NCBI GenBank assembly: GCA_951406725.2
Contig: OX597822.1
Coordinates: 41,044,001-41,108,000 of the forward strand
Direction: 5' to 3'
Origin: Octopus vulgaris
Taxonomy: Eukaryota
Length of the DNA: 64,000 nt
The position numbers were made by a program, and so were the translations under genes. Of this stretch, positions 55,981 through 64,000 are shown piece by piece. The notes below the pieces were generated by a model. It was not told where the DNA came from. It saw nothing but the letters and a program-made list of their open reading frames with translations, and searched no databases. Numbering within the stretch: the stretch's first letter is position 1; every line of letters begins with the position of its first letter.

Positions 55981-56688
55981 GTATAAGAACGTGTTAGTGA
56001 GAAAACGAAAAAAGAGTAATAGAAATTTGGATGTGTGTATGGGTAGGTATATGTATGTAGCGTTGGTGGGAAGGTGTTAATATGTAGCTAAATGCGTTAG
56101 TGTTGCCGTGTGAGGTGTTTTATATATGTAAGGTATATATGTATTTAAGCAGGTTGACATGTTAGTGTTGTCGTTTGTTATATTGTAAAGGCTAAAAGGT
56201 AAAGAGTAATTAAGAGAGGAAGTCTATATGAGAGAGTATTGTATTTCTGCTATGTAAACAGGCCGTTTACTAACATTTAGTAGTCAGCTTGTCGATGGGG
56301 TGTTTCACATCTAAACCCGACTGTCACCTGCCACAGAGCAAGTCAGTGTCCTGTCTTCAAGGCTAACTGTCACTTGATGTGACCATCGTTGACCTCTTCA
56401 TGTCTAATCAGGCTTTAATAATGGCAGAAATGTTTGTTATGTATTTCATTCAGCCATCGGACGAGACCCCAGTTTGGATTGTTTTTTTTTTCATATGAGT
56501 CGCGGCCCAGAGAGTGACAGAAGGACCACCGCCATCCTTATGTTGCTATAGTCATAACATAGACGTTTTTTTCCTACCAACCCACTTCACAAACTGCAAC
56601 ACCATCTGCAAATGCCTAAATGTTTGAAATTATATGTTAATTAATTTACAGTTATCTAATTATCGAATTATTATTAGCTCCATCATTA

Positions 56689-56835
<147 letters not shown>

Positions 56836-56839
56836 TGTG

Positions 56840-57170
56840 TTAAGAAGCTTGTTTCCCAACCACATGATTCCGGGTTCAATCTCCCTGCGCGTCACCTCGG
56901 GCAAGTATCTTCCACTTATAGCCTTGGACCGACCAAAACCTTGTGAGTGACTTTGGTAGATGGAAACTGAAAGAAGCCCGTTGTGTGTGGGTGCGTCTTT
57001 GAATCTGTGGTCGTCCTGCACCACTGTTGACAAGTTTGCTTACGTCTTCGTTAGCTAGCGGTTCGGCAAAAAGAAATCGACAGAATAAGTAGTAGGCTTA
57101 AGAAAAAAACTACTGGGTGCGATCCAGTATGGGCGGAGTCTAATGACGGAAACAAGTAAAAGAATAAAAA
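56840..57170 (+). mobile_element. SINE family 1, diverged
   Basis: Consensus match. Confidence 0.75.
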
Positions 57171-57284
57171 TATAAGTGTGCGTGTGCGTATGTGTGTGTG
57201 TGTGTATGTGCGCGCACACTATCAGTATTCACTACGAATATGAATGTTTAATATATACTCTAAATATTCTTATTTTATTTACTT

Positions 57285-57910
57285 TGATCAGGCCCCCACC
57301 CGGCCCTCAAAGATAAAGCACCTCGATCCATCATCGCCACTGCTGTGTATAGAATCCAGACCTTTGTCCCCTTTCAGTTTGTCGTTAAATGTCAAACTAC
57401 GTGTCCCACACTCGCTGGTATCATGTTGCGTGTTCCAGAACACAAACTTTGATGTTTCTTCTCCCTGCAATGAGTTGATATGCCGAGACGTCGCTCTCTG
57501 ATCTTGTTGGTCATTTTCAGAAACTTCTATAGATAAGGTTCATCCATCGTGTTCCGCTGCCGTTTCACACACGGAGCTATTCAATGCATTCTTGTATAGC
57601 TGCCATCTGAACTCTTCTTTGCTTGTTTGGTATGTGTCCATGTTTTGCTGACCCAACTGCAACAAGGAACAGTCTGATTTTTGTTCCCCCTCAGTTCAGT
57701 CTTGACTTCCATGCTCTCTTGAGCTGTCCAAGCTTGTGATTTTCGGAATTTGATGTCAGCATCGGTGCAGTTTACCCAACTATCAAGATAACTGAAATCA
57801 TCAACCGAATTCACCTTTGATCGATTCATTGCTCAGAGATCGAAATCCTTGTTTTGCTTGAAGAATATGTACACCCATGTTTTTACATCTGTGAGGAGAC
57901 CGATTTTACT
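57285..57910 (-). mobile_element. RTE-clade LINE 3' fragment
   Basis: VDDFSYLDSW..TDADIKFRKSQAWTA and DGSYTRM resemble the post-RT region of RTE/RTE-X elements. Confidence 0.75.
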
Positions 57911-58013
57911 CTAAATTTACACTTGGAATACTATATACTGTATACTTGGAATACTTTCAGTATATACTCTACATATATACTGTAAGTACACAATCTCAAT
58001 ATATACTGTCAGT

Positions 58014-58402
58014 GTGGAGGCGCAATGGCCCAGTGGTTAGGGCAGCGGACTCGCGGTCATAGGATCGCGGTTTCGATTCCCAGACCGGGCGTTGTGAGTG
58101 TTTATTGAGCGAAAACACCTAAAGCTCCACGAGGCTCCGGCAGGGGATGGTGGTGATCCCTGCTGTACTCTTTCACCATAACTTTCTCTCACTCTTACTT
58201 CCTGTTTCTGTTGTACCTATATTTCAAAGGGCCGATCTTGTCACTCTCTGTGTCACACTGAATATCCCCGAGAACTACGTTAAGGGTACACGTGTCTGTG
58301 GAGTGCTCAGCCACTTACACGTTAATTTCACGAGCAGGCTGTTCCGTTGATTCGGATCAACGGGAACCCTCGTCGTCGTAACCGACGGAGTGCTTCCATT
58401 CC
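58014..58402 (+). mobile_element. Young SINE family 4 with 13-bp TSD
   Basis: TSD atatactgtcagt at 58001-58013 and 58403-58415; near-identical to 45289-45679. Confidence 0.9.
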
Positions 58403-58559
58403 ATATACTGTCAGTATACACACTTAATGCACACTGTCAAATATACGCGGTGAGGCAGGCGAACGTTTCTGTAAATCAAGAATGTTATTGTAATTTGTGT
58501 TATTAAAGGAGAGTTGTTACGTGTAGTATCGTTAGCTTGTTTGTTATGTGAAATAATTA

Positions 58560-58950
58560 CGTGTTTATTTTGCTAAAAGAGACTGGGTTATTGTTATATC
58601 CCCGCTGTAAGATATTTTCAAGAGCTTTCTTCGTGGTTTTTATATATATCGGATGAGAGGTGCTTACCTTGTGCTTTGTTCTTAACACGAAACAGGAAAA
58701 TAAAATACGGTTTACTTGATATCTGTTGTTAAATGACAATCGGTATTGATAAATAATAATGGGTTGGAATGTCTCCGTTGAAGACAAGTTCTTTATTGAT
58801 AGGAGAAAAGTATGTTTTACAGGAACAAACTGAGCTCTGAATAGTGAATGATAGGTTGTACCATATGTGCAAGACTGTGTGGAGTTACAACCGAATGGAA
58901 ATTATAGGAGATATAACATAAACTTTCAAATATACTAGACTTGATTAAAT
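58560..58950 (-). mobile_element. Possible highly decayed Penelope-like RT fragment
   Basis: Minus-strand NGDIPTHYY..TDCH and LENILQRGY are reminiscent of the PLE RT thumb. Confidence 0.3.
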
Positions 58951-59399
58951 TTGGACTGGAGAAAGCGACAGGGTAGATGCTTTGACAATGCTAAGAGGGA
59001 ACACGGTCATTCATTTAATAGGCTTAGTAAAGATCTAACCCACGACGACGACGACGACGACGACGACCACCACCACCACCACCACCACAATAGAAACAAA
59101 TCCGAAGATGGCTGATTTCTTAGATTTAAACTTAAATTTAAAAACTGGTGCTTAGGGGCCATTTCAGAAACCGTTCGAGTGGTAAACATACATTAATATA
59201 GCTTCTTGCCATCCAACCATAGAGCTCAGTGGGGCAGCCGAAGAATCTCTGGCCTGTTTTCAAATAAAGAATTTTGGTGCAGCAGCCCCGTACTGCAACG
59301 ATGCACTGTCCGTCGCCGGATTTAAGAATATGACTAGTTACACATCCGATCCTAGCCCCACCAGGAGAAAACACCACCAGATAGTTTTTTTTATCATGC

Positions 59400-59780
59400 A
59401 TCACTTTTCGTGTTGTTAAGATCTTTCTTAACTTAGTGAACAAACATTTTCCTCGAATCATAAGTTCCGAAAATCATCAACAATACGGCACAATTATTTC
59501 TCCTCAATTGGTGCCATTCTCTTTAACACCAATTGGTGCCACTCTCTTTAACATTACACCAAAACACATTAAAGCAGAAACAGACTCCATAAAGTTCAAA
59601 AGTTTTTGGACAATTTCCTTCGAAAAATCCCACATCAACCTCCTACACCCGAATATATCTCTCTCCTCGAGTGGCCATGTTGTCCGATTCCTGGTTTGAA
59701 TGACTTTGCCAGGTGGTGCTATTAAGTTAGTCATGGCCTGAGCCACTGCTGGCTGAAACCTATCAAAGTACCAAAGTAAA
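59400..59780 (+). mobile_element. CR1-like LINE 3' end (second subfamily)
   Basis: GATLFNITPKHIK...FKSF/LDNFLRKIPHQP parallels the ORF2 C-terminus at ~16770-16880; tail ggtggtgct...catggcc...gctgaaacc. Confidence 0.7.
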
Positions 59781-59843
59781 GCAGACATAAATTAGAAAAT
59801 TACTATTTTAAAATCTCACAGCGAGAGATATCCAGCAACAGTA

Positions 59844-59956
59844 CTTTGGAGTAAAGATTTTCCCCAGCATAACATGATAGTCCTGATTTAATTACAGCAA
59901 CATTCGTCCTAAATCAGGACTGCCATGTTATGTTGGCAAAATTTTTTACTCTAAAG
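59844..59956 (+). repeat. ~47-bp-arm hairpin
   Basis: 59844-59890 pairs with 59910-59956. Confidence 0.8.
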
Positions 59957-60282
59957 CAGACATAATTTAAAAGGTTCTTTTTTCATTTTTCACATCACCC
60001 ACGACGTGGATGCGATAATTTCTAAATTCTAGTACCTAGTAGCTAAGAACTATCACTATACTTTTCGTAACAGCCCTTTTGACGAGTGTCGTGGTTCCCC
60101 TCTAACTCGTGTGAGAAACCGATTGGTAAATGGATCTATAATACTGCAGTATATATATCAATAAAGTATATATCATATCCTATATGTGCGTATGAGTGTG
60201 TAAGTGTGTGTGTGTGTATGTGTGTGTGCATATGTATATATATATATATATATATGTATGTGCATAAATGTGCGTGCATATA

Positions 60283-60358
<76 letters not shown>

Positions 60359-60368
60359 TATATATATA

Positions 60369-60469
<101 letters not shown>

Positions 60470-60679
60470 ACATACGATATACTTATATATACGAACATAT
60501 ACATGCATATATATGACCAGTATACATGCATATATACGACCAGTTTAAATTACCCGCCTAAAACTCCTCGCGCGATATGGTCAAAATACCAAATTTTCAT
60601 AATAATTATTACCTTTGGGGGGTTTTATTCTCATGCTGGCCACCTGATAATATCGGTATTTAAATATCGATGTTATCCT

Positions 60680-60759
<80 letters not shown>

Positions 60760-60761
<2 letters not shown>

Positions 60762-60975
60762 TGTGTCTGTGTTTGTGTGCCTGTGTTTGTCCCCCAACAT
60801 CGCTTGACAACCGATGGTGGTGTGTTTACGTCTCCGTAACTTAGCGGTTCGGCAAAAATGATCGATATAATAAGTACTCGGCTTACAAAGAGTAAATCTT
60901 GGGGTCGATTTGCTCGACTAAAGGCGGTGCTCCTGCATGGCCACAGTCAAATGACTAAAACAAGTAAAAGAGTAA
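60760..60975 (+). mobile_element. SINE family 1, 3' half
   Basis: Consensus match. Confidence 0.82.
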
Positions 60976-60979
60976 GGAG

Positions 60980-61015
<36 letters not shown>

Positions 61016-61412
61016 CACACACAGATATACATACATGCCCCCACACACACGTACAACACACATCTCTTTCATCTAGACATATGTATATAGGATAATATGA
61101 AAAAGTCCATTAAAATGTGTTATGTATGTATGTATGTATGTATGTATGTATGTACGTATATAAAATATCGAACACAATCGTGACATACGCATTAATATAT
61201 AATAGCATTATATGTATTGCAAGGCATTTAACATAATGTGCATGCTTTGTGTGTGTGTGTATAACGAACACTCACACACATATATACATGCATGCAAGCG
61301 CAACCACCCCTTCCTACACAGACTTCTTCGTCTTGTTGTACCACTGAAATACTCAAGTGCTGTGCGTTGCACAATAATCTGCTTCTGAAATCTCCAAGTG
61401 ACAGCCACTTAC

Positions 61413-61498
61413 GTCGCCACCACCACCACCACCACCTGCAGCAGTGACAGCCACAGCAGCGGCGCAGTAGCAGCAGTAGCAATTGCAGCAGTGTGCGC

Positions 61499-61574
<76 letters not shown>

Positions 61575-61640
61575 GGTGACTTGTACCAAATGACAATATC
61601 AAATCCTTTGTTGTACCGATTGACCTGCAGTGTGGTGCTG
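61413..61640 (-). other. Candidate non-coding first exon
   Basis: Lies downstream of the TATA/Inr-like motifs and ends GAC|GTAAGT. Confidence 0.4.
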
Positions 61641-61697
61641 ACAGGGTTGCAGCCAGCTTTGTGTCTTTTATATATGGAACTACTCAATCAATATTGG
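61636..61697 (-). promoter_or_regulatory. Candidate Pol II core promoter (CCAAT, TATA, Inr-like)
   Basis: Minus strand: CCAAT (61693-61697), TATATAAAAG (61665-61674), TCAGCA ~33 nt downstream. Confidence 0.4.
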
Positions 61698-61729
61698 ACT
61701 GACAGACTATGCACACTCACTCACTCACT

Positions 61730-61768
<39 letters not shown>

Positions 61769-61849
61769 TCACATATGTATAGTCTGTATGTGTGTGTATA
61801 TATATATATATATCGATATATATGTACACACACATATGCATATTCTGTA

Positions 61850-61896
<47 letters not shown>

Positions 61897-61967
61897 TCAT
61901 ATGAACATGGCGCCTATGTATGTCAATGTATATGTATGTATATATATATATATTACGCCTATATAGT

Positions 61968-62040
<73 letters not shown>

Positions 62041-62046
62041 TATATA

Positions 62047-62432
62047 GGCGTAGGAGTGGTAAGTAGCTAGATCTACATGGTTCCGGGTTCAGTCCCACTG
62101 CGTGCCACCTTGGGCAAGCGTCTTCTACTATAACCTCGGGCCGACCAAAGCCTTGTGAGTGAATTTGGTAGACGGAAACTGAAAGAAGCCCGTCGTATAT
62201 ATGCACATATTTGCATGTGTGTGCTTATGTTTGTGCGTCTGTGTTTGTCCCCTCAACATCGCTTCACAACCGATGGTGGTGTGTTTACGTCCCCGTAACT
62301 TAGTGGTTCGGCAAAAGAATCCGATAGAATAAGTATTAGGCTTACAAAGAATAAGTCCTGAAGTCGATTTGCTTGACTAAAGGTGGTGCTCCAGCATGGC
62401 CACAGTCAAATGACTGAAACAAGTAAAAGAGA
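62047..62432 (+). mobile_element. SINE family 1
   Basis: Consensus match. Confidence 0.87.
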
Positions 62433-62527
62433 GTATACATGTATATATGTATGTATACGTGTATGTGTATATATATATGTACGTGTGTGTGTACGTGTAT
62501 GTATGTGAGCAAGCATGTATGTACGTA

Positions 62528-62651
<124 letters not shown>

Positions 62652-62949
62652 TCCTCATACACATAGACACACTCACCCATACATGGCGCCTGTGTATGAA
62701 TGATGTGTGTATGTGTGTGAGTGAGTGAGAGTGTGTGTATGTGTGTGTACGTGACGCATTGATGTGTTAATGTGTGTCGGTTGTACTTTTTTTTCTTTAA
62801 TAACTGGGCGCTTTGAAGCTGAGCCAAAGTAGTTGACGTTGATGTTATTGTTATGGTTCACGTGGTTCTTGTTACGGCTAGTGTTGTAGTTGCAGATTTC
62901 GTCTTTATTGCTGACCTCAACGTAGTGCTGTCCTTTTGCCAACGTGATG

Positions 62950-63280
62950 ATGAAGGTGGTGGAGATGGCGTTTGTGGCGGTGACGGGTGGTGCAGTGACG
63001 GTGGTGATAGTGGTGTGGTGGTGGTGAAGGTAATGATATGGTAGTGGTTGTATCGGTGATAGTAATGGTAGTGGTGATGATGATGATGATGATGGTGTTG
63101 ATGCTACTGAAGGTGGTGTTGAAGTCGGTGGTGCTAGTGATGGTATGAAAATGGTCGTGGTGGAGGTGTTGGTGGGGATGGTCGTGGTAGTTCTAACTAT
63201 AGCAGCGGTGGAGATGATTGTTATAGTAGTAGTGGTTGTAGTGGTGGTGGTGGCAGTTGTGGTGGTGGTGGTGGTTTGCA
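62950..63280. repeat. (GGT)n-type low-complexity tract
   Basis: Degenerate trinucleotide repeat. Confidence 0.8.
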
Positions 63281-63464
63281 GGTTAGTTGGTTGGTAGAAT
63301 CATTTGTGATTGTTATGTTTATCTAAACTATGCTTGTTTTGTTGTCAATTACTGTACTTACCATATTATATGACTGGTATTTCTTCGAGACAACCGGGTA
63401 ACCTTTACGTGATAGCTCCATCTGCAAGAAACAGCTACTAATTAACCCAGATCATTCACTGCCA

Positions 63465-63500
<36 letters not shown>

Positions 63501-63505
63501 CACAA

Positions 63506-63575
<70 letters not shown>

Positions 63576-63600
63576 ATACATTCATTCATTTATATATATA

Positions 63601-63830
63601 CTAGCATATAAGCCCGGTTTCACCCGGTCTGTTCGGATGATGTGGCTGTGATCCTTTTCGGTTAGGCATTATCTATAACAGCGTTTCTCAACCTTATCAT
63701 TTCGGGTCCCCTGTTTCGATTGGAGCCTCCAGCTGTATGACAATTTCCTGACCCCCCATCCTTGTCAAAAACAGCTTCAGGAGTTGTGAAGAACGAATTT
63801 GTACGTAATCTGTTTCTGAGAGCTATTCTA
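63601..63830 (-). mobile_element. Helitron 3' end
   Basis: Minus hairpin ccgggtgaaaccggg followed by cttatatgCTAG|T. Confidence 0.5.
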
Positions 63831-63834
63831 TTGG

Positions 63835-64000
63835 ACTTCTGAGTTGAAATTCCGCCGAGGTCTACTTTGCCTTTCATCCTTTCGGGGTCGATAAATTAAG
63901 TACCAGTTGCGCACTGGGATCGATGTAATCGACTTGATCCGTTTGTCTGTCCTTGTTTGTCCTCTCTGTGTTTAGTCCCTTGTGGGTAGTAAAGAAATAG
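63835..64000 (+). mobile_element. SINE family 2 (runs off the window)
   Basis: Consensus central module. Confidence 0.85.

Noticed and set aside
56000-56320. Possible Penelope RT fragment (LDV..KLTT)
   Set aside because: Motif match too short and too degenerate

Overview
AT-rich, non-prokaryotic DNA saturated with microsatellites ((TA)n, (CA)n, (GA)n, (GATA)n, (GGT)n). The mix of tRNA-derived SINEs and repeats suggests an octopus or other coleoid cephalopod genome (inference). Nearly all ORF-track entries are microsatellite artefacts. Recognisable content is mostly mobile DNA: about four SINE families, degenerate LINE fragments (CR1-like RT and APE, RTE-like), a DD37D/maT-like and a mariner-like transposase relic, non-autonomous Helitrons, MITE-like fold-backs and several Penelope-like (GIY-YIG) remnants. 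The main hidden signal is a dispersed set of about 10 minimal type-I hammerhead ribozyme motifs (stem I-CTGANGA-stem II-GAAA-palindromic stem III-NUH). Several sit in Penelope-like termini, and the copy at 50102-50147 looks intact. There is also tentative splice-signal evidence for a long minus-strand gene: TATA promoter near 61670, and exons at 61413-~61640, 19215-19443, 9344-9401 and 8402-8460, which could encode a short Cys-rich peptide. No intact, confidently nameable protein-coding gene is visible. Coordinates were read by eye, and element ends are approximate.
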